DNA of 64,000 nucleotides from Octopus vulgaris (lineage: Eukaryota): the NCBI GenBank assembly GCA_951406725.2, contig OX597824.1, forward strand, positions 31,868,001 to 31,932,000, in the 5' to 3' direction. The translations under genes were made by a program, and so were the position numbers. The first letter of the stretch is position 1; every line of letters starts with the position of its first letter. The notes beneath the pieces are model-generated. The model worked only from the letters and a program-made list of their open reading frames with translations. It was not told the DNA's origin and did not search any database. Shown piece after piece: positions 1 through 12,569 of the stretch.

Positions 1-538
1 TCTCTCTCTCTTTCTGACACACACACACACACGTACACACGTCCCTTTCATATATACTGTAATTAATTAATAAATAGATGCCAATGAATGTTTACTGGCT
101 GATGTTTATTGATTGATTATCCTCTCCATTTTCATATTTGCCTTATAAATTCTGGGTAAATTTCTGCTTAACCCCCACTCATACCTATTATTCAATTGCA
201 CTACTGCCCTGCAACAGCAAGCACTTGCATATGAATACATAGGTATACATCCAGTAGTATATTGGATATTTATTATCCCTTAGATGGTTGTTTAACCTCT
301 AACTCATATAGACATATATATGTATGTATATATTTGTGTCTGTATTTGTCCCCCACCATCACTTGACAACCTATGTTGGTGTGTTAACATCCCCATAACT
401 TAGTGTTTTGGCAAAAGAGACCAACAGAATAAGTACTAAGCTTACAAAGAATAAGTCCTGGGATTGATTTGTTCGACTAATGGCGGTACTCTAGGATGGC
501 CACAGTCAAATGACTGATACAAGTAAAAGAATAAAAGA

Positions 539-636
<98 letters not shown>

Positions 637-644
637 ATATATAC

Positions 645-893
645 AAGCAAAACGCCCCTCCCCCCATTTTATATATATTCAACATGTGACCGCGTGTGTA
701 TCGTTGGCGATTTATTTTCCTGCATCTTCCCTTCCTTGAATCTTTCCTTTTTCTATGTTTCTGATGAAGAGCTCTGCTCGAAACATTAAATTCTCCTTCT
801 TTCTTTCCTTTCCTGAGCGTCCAATAACTCTATACTTGTTCCATGTCCTCACGTTGTTGTATTTTCTCTTTGTGTTTTCATGTTTGGTTTAAC
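645..893 (+). mobile_element. Solo PLE terminal repeat related to 36567-36790, with decayed HHR at 757-791
   Basis: gttt CTGATGA agagctctgctc GAAAC ATT aaat, plus the shared downstream tttcctgagcg...ttgttccat...tttgg(a/t)ttaa. Confidence 0.65.
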
Positions 894-1347
894 TGTGGTA
901 CCAGTGCCGGTGGCACACAAGAAAATCATCCGAACGTGGCCGTAGCCAGTACCGCATAGACTGGCCTCCGTGCTTTGGGGACGTAACAAACACCATCCGA
1001 TCGTGGCCGTCCGCCAGCCTCATCTGGCACCTGTGTCGGTGGCACATAAAAACACCATCCGAGCGTGGCCGTCTGCCAGCCTCGTCTGGCACCTGTGTCG
1101 GTGGCACATAAAAACACCATCCGAGCGTGGCCGTTCGCCAGCCTCGTCTGGCACCTGTGTCGGTGGCACATAAAATCACCCACTACACTCTCGGAGTGGT
1201 TGGCGTTAGGAAGGGCATCCAGCTGTAGAAACACTGCCAGATCTGACTGGCCTGGTGCAGCCTTCGGGCTCCCCAGACCCCAGTTGAACCGTCCAACCCA
1301 TGCTAGCATGGAAAACGGACGCTAAATGATGATGATGATGATGATGA
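893..1347 (+). mobile_element. 3' UTR fragment of RTE-type LINE with 62-bp internal tandem repeats and (GAT)n tail
   Basis: Matches 35800-36142 and ends catgctagcatggaaaacggacgctaaa(tga)n. Further copies or fragments at about 10101-10170, 14085-14290(-), 15200-15500, 15950-16182, 28725-28775, 28860-29200(-), 30250-30660, 54608-54915(-) and 55015-55230(-). Confidence 0.8.
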
Positions 1348-1350
1348 TAT

Positions 1351-2403
1351 GGATAAGTTGGAAATTTGTACAGTTTTGAAATATGAGTTCTTTCTTGGAA
1401 ATACAGCATCACAGACAGCTCAGAATATTAATGGAGTATTTCATTCTAATTACACAGCAGACAGTATCAAATTGGTTTGCAAAATTTCATTCTGGTAACT
1501 TTGACCTCACAACTGAGCAACATAGTCGACCAGAATCAAAAGTGGATAATGATGAACTGGAAGTCACCATTGAGTCAAATCCATGTCAAAGTGCCCTTGA
1601 ATTATCATTGTTGTTTGGTGTTAGCAAGCAAACAATATTGATTCACCTAGTTCAAATCGGTACAGTGAAAATTTGGATAAGTGGGTTCTACATGAACTCA
1701 ATGAAAATCAGAAACAGCAATGTTTGGAAGCCTGCATTATGCTACTTTCTTATCACAAAAATGAATTATTTTTGAATCAAATTGTAACATGTGATGAGAA
1801 ATGAATCCAATACAACAACCATAAACATTCAGCACAATGGTTAGACAAAGACAAGCCACCAAAACATAGTCCAAAAAGCAAAATTCATTAAAAGAAGCTG
1901 ATGGTGTGTGTTTGGCGGTTTGGCGCAAGTGTGATCCATTATGATTTCATTAAACCTGGCCCATCAATCACGGCCGAAGTATACTGCAGCCAGCTGGACC
2001 AAATGATGCAGTAACTTACAACATATCCACTCCTATTTTATTGCAAGACGACGTCAGACCACACATCGCAAAAATGACATTGGCAAAACTACAGAAGTTG
2101 GAGTTGGAAGTTCTCCATCATCCACCATACTCACCTGATCATGTCCCCACTGACTACCACTTTTTCCAGAATTTGGATAACTTTTTGATAGGAGAGAAAT
2201 TTAATTCCAACGATGTTGTAAAACAGGCCTTCAAAGATTTTATTGCCAGGCTTTTACAGTTCTGAGCTGGACATGCTACTGCTGAAATGGCAAAAGTGTA
2301 TTGACAATATGGGTGCATAGTTTGATGAAGAAAACTATTCCTTTTATAAAACATTAGCAAACAGTTTTTCTTTTCTACAAATTTCATACTTGATGACCTA
2401 ATA
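1351..2403 (+). mobile_element. Decayed mariner (DD34D) DNA transposon
   Basis: Broken transposase: TVSNWFAKFHSGNFDL..SRPES, IVTCDEK, K.MVCVW, LQDDVRPH, HPPYSPDHVPTDYHFF. Imperfect TIR aagttggaaatttgta / tacaaatttcatactt; ends in gacctaaTA. Confidence 0.88.
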
Positions 2404-3779
2404 TAAGTAATGTAAGAGCGTTGCTGGTGAGTTTAGATACAATAACAATTCTATATTTAATGGCATAAAAGATGCATGAGCATTTTAAACATACCCCCAT
2501 TGCAGCAGCACATATTCAGGAAAAAGAGTTTAGTGCATTAAAACAATAATCGCCCAGTGTTGCATATAGGACCTGAAGTGACATTTTTTTAAGACATTTT
2601 TTGGAGGTGGAGTGAGTGCATCTTATATGCCATCAAGTATGGTTGTCTCATTGAACGTCTTAAGGATGATGGGCCACTACTGAGTGACAGATAAAAACAA
2701 ATACTTTACCCTGGTAGATCTGGTTAAACAGAAGCTTTGCTGGCTGTCACTGAGAGGGAAAAAAGAAGAAAGACTCAAAGTATTGGAGAAAATAGTTAAA
2801 AACAGCTGTATCTATCACATATGAGAAGTTGATAGTTCAGAGAGATCAGAGAGATTAGAGAGATTGTTCCTGTCTATGTAACCATTTCAAGATTTGGGAT
2901 ATATTCTAGGAAAGGGAAAGCTTGAAGAGTTATGTCAGGGGTTAACTATGAAGCACACAAATTTGAAGGGCATTACCAAGGCTTATGACTTTATTGGTTT
3001 GAAGCGATCGGAGGTATTTTAACACATGATGTGTGTGAAAGGAGTGACAGGGCTGAAGAAGAAAAGTTTGGCAGAAATTTTATTTCAAAAGTGTGTATTG
3101 CTGAATTGAAATCAAAATGGAAAAATGATTTAGAAACTAGTAACAAAATATAATTGGCAGGGCAGCTACAGAGCTAGAAAAATATTTATTAAAATATTAC
3201 TAATATAAATAGAAATGTGTTGTAGATAAATTTTAGCAAATCAGAAACAAAATGAAATAAAGAAAACCATTCAAATAATTGTAATATTTTAGCAAAATAT
3301 TACTATTAAACATGCACTATAGTAAGTACAATGAATATTTTCAATAGAGTACAATACAAAATTTTGGACAAATAATAAAAATGTCAAATGATACAGTGAA
3401 TATGAATAAGAACCATCAAAGACAAAAGAGAACATTGAATAGTTTGTTCAATGACTGCAGTAAAATATGTACATCTAAACATGACTAAAATATGGGGAGT
3501 GGTGGTATAATATTTCAAAAACGGTACATCTTTTATCTTTTACTTGCTTCAGTCATTAAACTACAGTCATGCTGGAGCACTGCTTTGAAGGGGTCTTAGT
3601 CAAACAAATCAATTCCAGTATTTAACTAATGAATCATAAAGGGAGAACAAAACAGTTTGTTTAAAATACAAAATTAAGATGTAACATGTGTAAAAATCCT
3701 AAGGCCTAGGATTTTTAACGACCTTGAGGATTCTAGTTGCCAGCTGTTCATTATTTGAGAGGGATGTGATACTACTTGC

Positions 3780-4700
3780 TTGTTTGGTGTAGTGACTGCA
3801 TCTTTGTGTTGAGGAAGACAAGATTGGTATAATTTCATTGAAGGATGTTTTCGAGACAACTGTTGAGATATGATCGGGGGGGGGGGGCGTCTTGTTACAT
3901 GTGGATGATGCTTGAATTCAGAACCTTACAAAAAGATATAGGATGCTTCATCTGTATAGGAGTAGATACTACTGCAAATTATCCCATGTAGGTCATTGGT
4001 TTGTAAGAAGAAGAGTGTGGGGAAGGAGGAGAGAAGATTGAGTCTTGGGCGCATGGGAATTAGTAACATGTGGGTGGGTGAGTGCTCTACCAGCATGTGG
4101 CATGATGGTGCAATATGACTGGAAATCGCTGATCTATGAAACAAGAAGGTGGCTAGAGTCAATTGGTGAACAGGTTTTTTTAGGAAATTTGCATGCAAGA
4201 CACAGCAGTATTTTCACCAAATTTAACAATGGCGCACTAGTGAGTAGCATGGGAGAAAATATTTTCAGTATACCTTGCTTTACAAATGCTGTGGTCATGG
4301 TCATTTTAGAGAAGGTTGTTATTAAAGGCTGTTGGCATAGCTTTGAGGTGTTGAAAGTGAGTTAGGACAATAACTGGTAAGGTTAGAGTCTTGGGCTCTT
4401 TTTGAAAATGGGACATACTATAGTGTGTTTCAAAAGACCAGAATTGATCAATAAAGAGTGAGGGAGAGGGAACGTGAGAGTGAGGAATGGAAAGAGAGAG
4501 GTGGGAGAGAGAAATTGAAGAGGTTGGCAAAGATACAGGTTATGTCTAGGGTCAATTGTTTAATGATAATGGCAGGGATGTTGTGAGAACCAGGAGTTTT
4601 GTTGGTTTGAAATTACCAGAGATATTTTTACACCTAGCACGTGTGTGTACATGATGGGGATACTAGTGAAGTGAAAATGGACACTTTAGGAGATTTACCA
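3780..4700 (-). mobile_element. Highly decayed LINE RT remnant
   Basis: PTLFFLQTNDL..IYSYTDE resembles the RT YADD region. Similar decayed remnants at about 46500-48300(+) and 50700-51290(-). Confidence 0.45.
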
Positions 4701-4807
4701 CGTCTTTGTGTCTGTATGTGTGTGTATATACATATGTAAAACATCAGTGAAAAAGAAGCACACTCTAAACGTCTGAGCAGTAGTGTATTTACAGGAGGTT
4801 AATTATG

Positions 4808-4888
4808 CAGCCAATCATAGAGTGACCAATGGTTTCACTTCCATAAAGCGCTTAGCCTTATAGACAACTTGTCAGACACCAATGGCTG
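4808..4888 (-). ncRNA. Decayed hammerhead motif (G8A)
   Basis: gt CTGACAA ...tctataagg/ctttatgga... GAAAC CATTG GTC^ ac, with distal cagcca/tggctg pairing. Confidence 0.6.
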
Positions 4889-5013
4889 TGGAGATTATAA
4901 GTCCACAGCAGTTGCGGTTTCACAGGTCGTCTAAAAGGCTAAATGCTTTAAAGATGCAAAACCATTGGCCACTTTACAACTGGCCACCATATAATTAACT
5001 AATTAATTTCCTG

Positions 5014-5058
<45 letters not shown>

Positions 5059-5148
5059 CGGCATCAGCCATATAATTAACTTCCTGTAAAAATATATATA
5101 TATTTATATATATAAATAGATGTGTGTATTTTTCCCTTGTTAAACTCC

Positions 5149-5202
<54 letters not shown>

Positions 5203-5769
5203 ATCAGCCATATAATTAACTAATTAACTTCCTGTAAATATATATCACACACTTTCTCTATAGTCTGTGTCTTTCTCTTTCCTTGCCTCTGATTCTTCCT
5301 CCACTCTATCACATTTCTCCATCTTTCTTACTTTGCACCATTATTTCTATTGCTAAGCCAATCCTGTTTCTTCTCCCCTCTTTAATTCCTTCCTTCTCTC
5401 TCTCTCCCCCTTGGTGCCTTCGTCCCTTTCTTTCTCTCTCTCTCTTTGATTCCTTGCCCCCTGCTTTTCTTTCTCTTTCTTCCGTCCTCTCATGTGACCG
5501 CCTTCACTGGTCTTTCCAGCTTGACCACTGCCATGTTAACACTGTTGTCTTCGTTTGCCGCAAAGGCATTTTTCAAATACGCCAGCCAAGATAAGTTAAA
5601 AATTGTCTGAAGTCGTAAGACACCCACTGTTTTGTCCTGTTATTACTATTCTTGTTTTTTATTTCTATTTTTTGTTTCTTGTATTTATATTCATGTGGCA
5701 TCCTGTCTTTGTTTCATATACATTTGATCCTCTTTCCAAGAAATCTAATGCCCGTAGCTTAGTTTTTCC

Positions 5770-6006
5770 AACTTCTAAAAGCAAATTCACTGCAGTTACC
5801 AAGGTGAAAAAATTCTCTCTTATGGTAAAAAGGTGTAAAAACACCATACCTGTCCAGTGCTGACAATGGCTAAAAAGCTAGAAGTACAGCATCTGGGAAT
5901 AAGAGGAGGGCAACACTGGACAGATATGGTGTTTTTAATATCTATTTACTATAAGAGAGAGTTTTTTCTCCACAGTAACTGCAGTGAATTTGCCTTTAGG
6001 AGTTAA
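5770..6006. repeat. Imperfect palindrome or MITE with arms of about 90 bp
   Basis: aaattcactgcagttac..aaaaacaccata..tgtccagtg is mirrored by cactggaca..tatggtgttttt..gtaactgcagtgaattt. Confidence 0.75.
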
Positions 6007-6267
6007 AACATGTCACTAACATTTTAACTAACCTAAATTTCGCTGAGAGAGAGAGAGATGTAGACATAGGAACAAATCAAGTTTATCTATAATTCCGTTG
6101 ATTGGAAACTGATTAACACTCTTAATTGATTTTCAGTCCTTATTGAGGTCCTACCAGAGGTGTCTGTATCCTTTGGCTGATCCCAGAGAAACAAGTAACC
6201 AATCCAGTAGTAGCACAACAGACCTATGAAAATGTGTGCATCTCAGTGGAACTATGAATGTTGATGT

Positions 6268-6565
6268 TTGTTCCTTCTCAAGCTATGCCTGGCTCATTAG
6301 GGCCAGTTTTCCAGTTTCCTTGGCGTATAGGTTCCCCACCTGGATGGGACGCCGGTCCGTCGCAGGTGAGGTGCAAGATGCAGGAGGAAAGAGTGAGAGA
6401 AAGTTGTGGCAAAAGAGTCAGCAGAAGTTTGCCATTACCTTCTGCCTGAGCCACATGGAGCTTAGGTGTTTCGCTCATAAACACACACATCGCCCGGTCT
6501 GAGATTCGAACCTGCGATCCCTCAACCGCAAGTCCGCTGCTCTAACTACTAGGCCATGTGCCTCC
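6268..6565 (-). mobile_element. SINE family D copy
   Basis: Colinear with 47657-47956; a related subfamily copy lies at 9246-9553(-). Confidence 0.8.
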
Positions 6566-6574
6566 AACAATGAA

Positions 6575-7010
6575 TGTGCAGGAGTATGTACAGGCTGCTC
6601 ATGCAGAAGTAACATCACCTGTCGACTTAACAACCTTTGCAATACAGAAACCATTATGTATGAGGGAGAAGTAGTATCAAAGGATTCCAATGGAGCAACT
6701 GGCATTGAGAATCTGGTCCTTCAGGACCAGATTCAGCAATCACCAGTCCCTGTTTAATATCCAAGAGAGGCAAAATGCCACATCTCTAGTGAAGCATATA
6801 TGGATATTGAAGGAGTATATTGCACATTACATCATCAAGTGGTGGATGCTGGAACACTTAGACCTTCATTTAACAGTAATAGAAAGAATGGGCTCTGCTT
6901 TGCAGAGAAAAGGATTGTACTAAAGAACTCTCTCCACTCACCATCTACCTAAACTTTAAAAGTGAATTTTTTTTCCCTCCTGCCCTTATATGCACAAACT
7001 CACCCAAGTA
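6575..7010 (+). pseudogene. Decayed PLE GIY-YIG endonuclease remnant
   Basis: CSC..SPV..LCNTETIMYEG, GATG, FRTRFSNHQSLF, ATSLVKHIWILKE..IKW; resembles the C-terminus of the 60153-62276 protein. Confidence 0.6.
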
Positions 7011-7140
7011 TACTTGCCAGCCACACCTTGAATCTAAGTACTGGAGCACCACCATCCATTGTTTTCTCCTCCTCACATAAATCTGAGGAATCAATGTAAG
7101 ACTTGTTACACCAGACTGTGAGATACATGCATTCATACAT

Positions 7141-7515
7141 TATTATTATGGCTGCCACCTCGTTATCGAGTATGGCCATTGCACGAAGCTTAACTGTTAC
7201 TGGTGCTGTGATCGAATGTGACTTTTTAGCTCAGCTAAAGATCTACAATGTCTCGTACAAAATTGACAACTAAAACCTTTAATGGTAATAGCCGGCTGTA
7301 GTTGTAACTGGGCTTCATGTACCTTTGAATGTCGTTTAAGTCCTCCTGCCGAATTACACTCTCTTCCGCATGCCCGACAGATATGATTAGTATGGTGTGT
7401 TACACCACCACCAGTGGCCAGGTTGTCACTCATCTGTCTCACTTTATGACTACGAAGATGACTCTTGAGTCCAGCTTTACTGAGGCAGGGTCTTGCACAG
7501 ACATTGCATTCATAT
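7141..7515 (-). mobile_element. 3' end of a LINE (probably RTE-type) encoding three C2H2 fingers, with (TAA)n tail
   Basis: CNVCARPCLSKAGLKSHLRSH, CRACGRECNSAGGLKRHSKVH, CQFCTRHCRSLAELKSHIRSQH*, short 3' UTR, then ataataataa. No TGEKP linkers. Confidence 0.65.
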
Positions 7516-7900
7516 ATATACATATAAACATACATACATACATACATACACACACATTTATATAAATATCCACACATGTACACACATACGTACAAATACA
7601 TACACACATATACACACCCACACACGATTTTAAAATTAACCTTTCTCACCATCCTTTCCCTGTTTTTATCCCACCTGTCTTTACTTCAGCCCAACCCAAC
7701 TCTTCAGGTAAATATCTTCTATAATCCATGGAGGCTCTTTTTGCTCCCCATCAAAGGGGCATAACTCCAATGAACTAATGAAATGTTTTTCCTGAGTTTC
7801 CACCTGGGCAATTTCATTCCAGTATTTTTACAACTGTGAGACCTGCAAACTGGATGTGACAGTATATCTATGTGCATGCGTTTGTGTACACACACACACA

Positions 7901-7959
<59 letters not shown>

Positions 7960-8376
7960 TGAAGGCATGTGGCTAAGTGGTTAGGGTATTCAGCTCATGA
8001 TTGTAAGGACATGAGTTCAATTCCTAGCCATGCTTTGTGTCCTTAAGCAAGACACTTTATTTCATGCTGCTCCTGTCCACTCACTTGGCAAAAATGAGTA
8101 ATACCTGTATTTCAAATGGCCAGCCTTGTCACACCCTGTGTCATGCTGAATCTTGTTGTGAACTACATTCAAGGTACATCTGTTTGTGGAGTGCTCAGCC
8201 ACTTGCACGTTAATTGTATGAACAGAATGTTCTGTTGATTGGTTCAACTGGAACTCTTGTCATCATAACTGACAGTCCCAGCATTTTTTTTTTATGGAGG
8301 GATGGGTGGATGAATGGATGGATGGATGGACAAAGAGAGAGACAGAATATGTATAATAAAAATTGTTAGCACGCTG

Positions 8377-8610
8377 GAGGTGGTGAGCTGGCAGAAACGT
8401 TAGCATGCCGGGCAAAATGCTTAGCAGTATTTCATCTGCCGCTACGTTCTGAGTTCAAATTCGGCCGAGGTCGACTTTGCCTTTCATCCTTCCAGGGTCG
8501 ATAAATTAAGTACCAGTTATGCACTGGGGTCGATGTAATCGACTTAATCCATTTGTCTGTTCTTGTTTGTTCCCTCTATGTTTAGCCCCTTGTGGACAAT
8601 AAAGAAATAA
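8377..8610 (+). mobile_element. SINE family B copy
   Basis: Colinear with 14567-14797. Confidence 0.8.
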
Positions 8611-9551
8611 GAATATGTGTACATGTATTTGCTAGTATTTTTCTGTCTCCAGATCCTCACTCTGTCTTTATATTGATATTACTTTTAAAATGGTGACCTT
8701 TATTTATATATGTAACAAAATGGTTTGACGAACAGAGACCAGTATTATAAAGTAGCAGACTTAATTAAAAACAAATCACAACAAGCATCATCATTACTAT
8801 CAATGAAAACCCTTCAAGGCAATGCTCCATTATGGCCACCATGATTGAAACATCATAACACAAATATATAAAATAGTAGGTTCCTCCACCTATGCAACAC
8901 AAAAATTATTCAAGTAAAATGTAAAACTTTAATTACTACTGTTGAAAATTCCTTTTGTGAAATTCCTGGAGCCAAAAGCACGTGCATAGACCTTGGAAGA
9001 CAAAATTCATCTGTCATTGGAGCCGGAATTTTCCATATCTATTGGATCTCCTCAGAATTTCATCTGCTATAATCTATGTGTGTACTTTTATGCACTAAGT
9101 CCTTATATGAGAGGATCTCTCATGCCTAAAAACGCAATATTTGGTCTTCTAACAAAGCGTTTATGTTAACTTGGATATAAAGACAGCCTTTTGATATTAA
9201 TACTGCTTCCATCAATAAAAATATATATATATATATATATATATATCACCATCACCGTGACTGACCAGGCGATCAGATGTTGCTACACATCACTGGTCAC
9301 AACGCGCTTTGCACTGTTTTAGCCTTCAAATGACACCACCCCGCTGGCTAAGCGAGCAGGCCAACAGAAGAAAGAGTGAGAGAAAGTTGTGGCAAAAGAG
9401 TGCAGCAGAGATCGCCAGCACCCCTTGCTGGAGCTTCGTGGAGCTTTAGGTGTTTTCGTTCAGTAAACACTCACAATGCCCGGTCTGGGAATCGAAACCA
9501 CGATCCTACGACTGCGAGTCTGCTGCCCTAACCACTGGGCCATTACGCCTC

Positions 9552-9601
<50 letters not shown>

Positions 9602-10344
9602 CATGCACATACACACACACGTACATACACACACACACACCTACATTGATGGCACTTAGACTTGCCAACTGATTAAAATATGTTTCTCATTGGAGCTCTA
9701 ATGGCACCAAAATATGTTTCTATTGATCAAAAATTGACTTTTTTTTGTTGCTTTTAAATTTTAAACATCCTCATTAACAACTGGCTAAATCCATGTTTTT
9801 CAAAGTTTTTCAGCTCCTATATTATGTGAGACTTCAGGACACTGCCCATAGATTCGTGACAGATGAAGTGTAGACAGGAACTTCGCTGCAGGCTGGCTAG
9901 CTAGCAGGTTGGTCTGCAGGGAAGGGACTTCTGGTGAGGTTGGAAAAGAATCTGGTGATTTAGATGACCAATCGTACTTACCCTCATGTTGTAGCTGACT
10001 AAAGCAATATAAACAATACACTGACACACTCTTGTTCCTGGGCAGAATTGTTAGCACGCCGGGCGAAATGCGTAGCCGTATTTCGTCTGTCGCTACGTTT
10101 TGAACCGTCCAACCCATGCTAGCATGGAAAACGGACGTTAAACAATGATGATGATGATGATGATGATGATGTATATGTGTCTTGCTCAAGAATGCAACAT
10201 ACTGGTAGGTATCAAACTCATGACCTTACAATCATGAGTTGACTACCTTAACCACTAAGCCAGTGCCTTTACTCACTTTAAAACAAGAAGTTTATACCAT
10301 AGAACCTAAAGCAGTTTGAGGTGGCTCTGGTATCAAAAGTTCCA

Positions 10345-11162
10345 TTAAACCCTTTAGCATTTAAACCAGCCATATCCAGGCTAAGTATTCTATCTGTTTT
10401 ATATTCAAACTGGCTAGATCTAGCTTCTCACACCTACTCTACAATGTCATTCTAAAAATATGCTATCACATAAACAAAATCTCAAAGCTATCAGTTAATA
10501 CATGATTAGTTCAAAACAATATTAACCCTTTTGAGACATATGGTGTTTTGGTATACTCTTTACCCTTTTACTCTTTTACTTGTTTCAGTCATTTGACTGC
10601 GGCCATGCTGGAGCACCGGGACTTATTCTTTTGTAAGCCCAGTACTTATTCTATCGGTCTATTTTGCCGAACCACTAAGTAACGGGGACATAAACACACC
10701 AGCATCGGTTGTCAAGCAATGCTAGGGGGAGAAACACAGACACACAAACACACACATGCATATATATATAAACATATATACGACGGGCTTCTTTTAGTTT
10801 CCGTTTACCAAATCCACTCACAAGGCTTTGGTTGGCCCGAGGCTATAGCAGAAGACACTTGCCCAAGGTGTCACGCAGTGGGACTGAACCCGGAACCATG
10901 TGGCTGGTAAACAAGCTACTTACTACACAGCCACTCCTGCGCCTATGCGTATGTGTAGCTGAAAAGACCAAAATATTTTTCTATTGAGATACATCTACTG
11001 AAAGACAATACCTGATTAACTATTACACTTCAAAACCAACCATTTACAACATTTGTTCCATTGGGCCAATGGATCAGCCTCAAAGTCCTTTGAGCTTGTA
11101 TCACTTGGGCCGAGGGTTAACAAATATTATATTTGACAGAGTAATCTGAATGCTAATGGGTA
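10345..11162. mobile_element. Nested TTAA-type (piggyBac-like) MITEs
   Basis: Outer TIR ccctttagcatt / aatgctaatggg; inner element ttaaccct(10522)...agggttaa(11120). A similar short element at 26398-26541. Confidence 0.55.
10563..10945 (-). mobile_element. SINE family A copy
   Basis: Reverse complement of 49777-50175. Confidence 0.85.
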
Positions 11163-11504
11163 TCTGAAGTATTGTATGTCAGTTAATGTGGGCAAAGAGA
11201 GGAGATGGCTCAGTAGTGGATAGGTCAATGTAAGGTCATAGCCTCAGCAGTGGTGGTTAATATGGTCAGTGGTGGATTAACCATTAAGTTTAGGGCACCA
11301 AAAGATGTAGAGCACTACAGAAAAGGTAGATGGTTTACAACATGAAAGAAATAACTTTAAACTTGCTAAAATAATATTCAAAGTAGTTTATAATATCGGA
11401 AATGTAATTTCAAAATGTTCATGATGACCTAGTAAAGATCTGATCAAAGACTTAGCAATTAAAATAAGTAGGAGAAAATTTTTCAAATATAAATAAGGGG
11501 GAAC

Positions 11505-11920
11505 TCTTTTACTCTTTTACTTGTTTCAGTCATTTGACTGTGGCCATGCTGGAGCACCGCCTTTAGTCGAACAAATCAACCCAAGGACTTATTCTTTGTA
11601 AGCCTTGTACTTATTCTATCAGTTTCTTTTGCCAAACCACTAAGTTACGGGTACGTAAACACACCAGCATCAGTTGTCAAGCAACGTTGGGGGGACAAAC
11701 ACACACACAAACATATACACACACATACACATACACATATATATACATATATATGACAGGCTTCTTTTCTGTTTCCGTCTACCAAATCCACTCACAAGGC
11801 TTTGGTCGGCCCAAGGCTATAGTAGAAGACACTTGCCCAAGGTACCATGCAGTGGCACTGAACCTGGAACTATGTGGTTCATAAGCAAGCTACTTACCAC
11901 ACAGCCACTCCTACGCCTAG
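11505..11920 (-). mobile_element. SINE family A copy
   Basis: Reverse complement of 49777-50175. Confidence 0.85.
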
Positions 11921-12259
11921 GAGTACATAAAAATAACAATTACTGTTTGTTTTGTTTCATTTTTTAAAAATAAAAGTTTATTTTATGGTATATTTTTTGC
12001 TAATATTTTGAATGAGCAAAACGCCCCCCACCCCGTCCAAAGGACGGTGCTGAATCATATCTGCTGAATAAAAAGCAATCAGTGTTTTCTTTTCATTAAA
12101 AAATAATTTAGCATGCCTTTATTTCAATAAAATTTTGGGTTTTGTTAAACAAAGTTAAGATGAAAACAAAACTTCTTGAGAAACCAAATAGTCTTTCCTT
12201 CCTTCATGACAAGTTTGAAGAAAATATCTCTTTTGCATCTTACTTTTTTGGTCTCTTAA

Positions 12260-12569
12260 ATATACTGCATTTTGTGGCATTATTTCAAGCCAGCTGGCGT
12301 TTTTTGCGCAAACTGCACATGCATTTTTTCACATACACGTAGTATCAAACACAACAACTGATGTACTTGCGCGTACAAATGCACGTTCCCATGGCTTTAT
12401 CGATCGCATTCTCACCTAGAATTGATTTTTGTAATGTTTTTCAAGACTTATACACGCCCTGATACCATCGGTATCTACATATCAAATTTGAACGCAATCA
12501 AATGGAGGATGCCCGAGATCCTAGAAGACACACACACACAGACAGACAGAATGGATTTTATATAATAGA
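12260..12569 (-). mobile_element. 5' part of a Helitron-like element
   Basis: A|TCTATTATATAAAA followed by (tctg)n, as in the other Helitron 5' ends here; no 3' end found. Confidence 0.4.

Noticed and set aside
900-1175. CRISPR-like array
   Set aside because: Contiguous 62-bp tandem units with no unique spacers; part of the RTE 3' UTR in eukaryotic DNA.
5600-5625. HHR at tgtctgaagtcgtaagaca (similar weak traces at 21905-21925 and 32860-32930)
   Set aside because: Too little of the core remains to support a call.
7197-7652. Host C2H2 transcription factor gene
   Set aside because: The N-terminus is microsatellite, there are no TGEKP linkers or clear acceptor, and a LINE-like tail follows.
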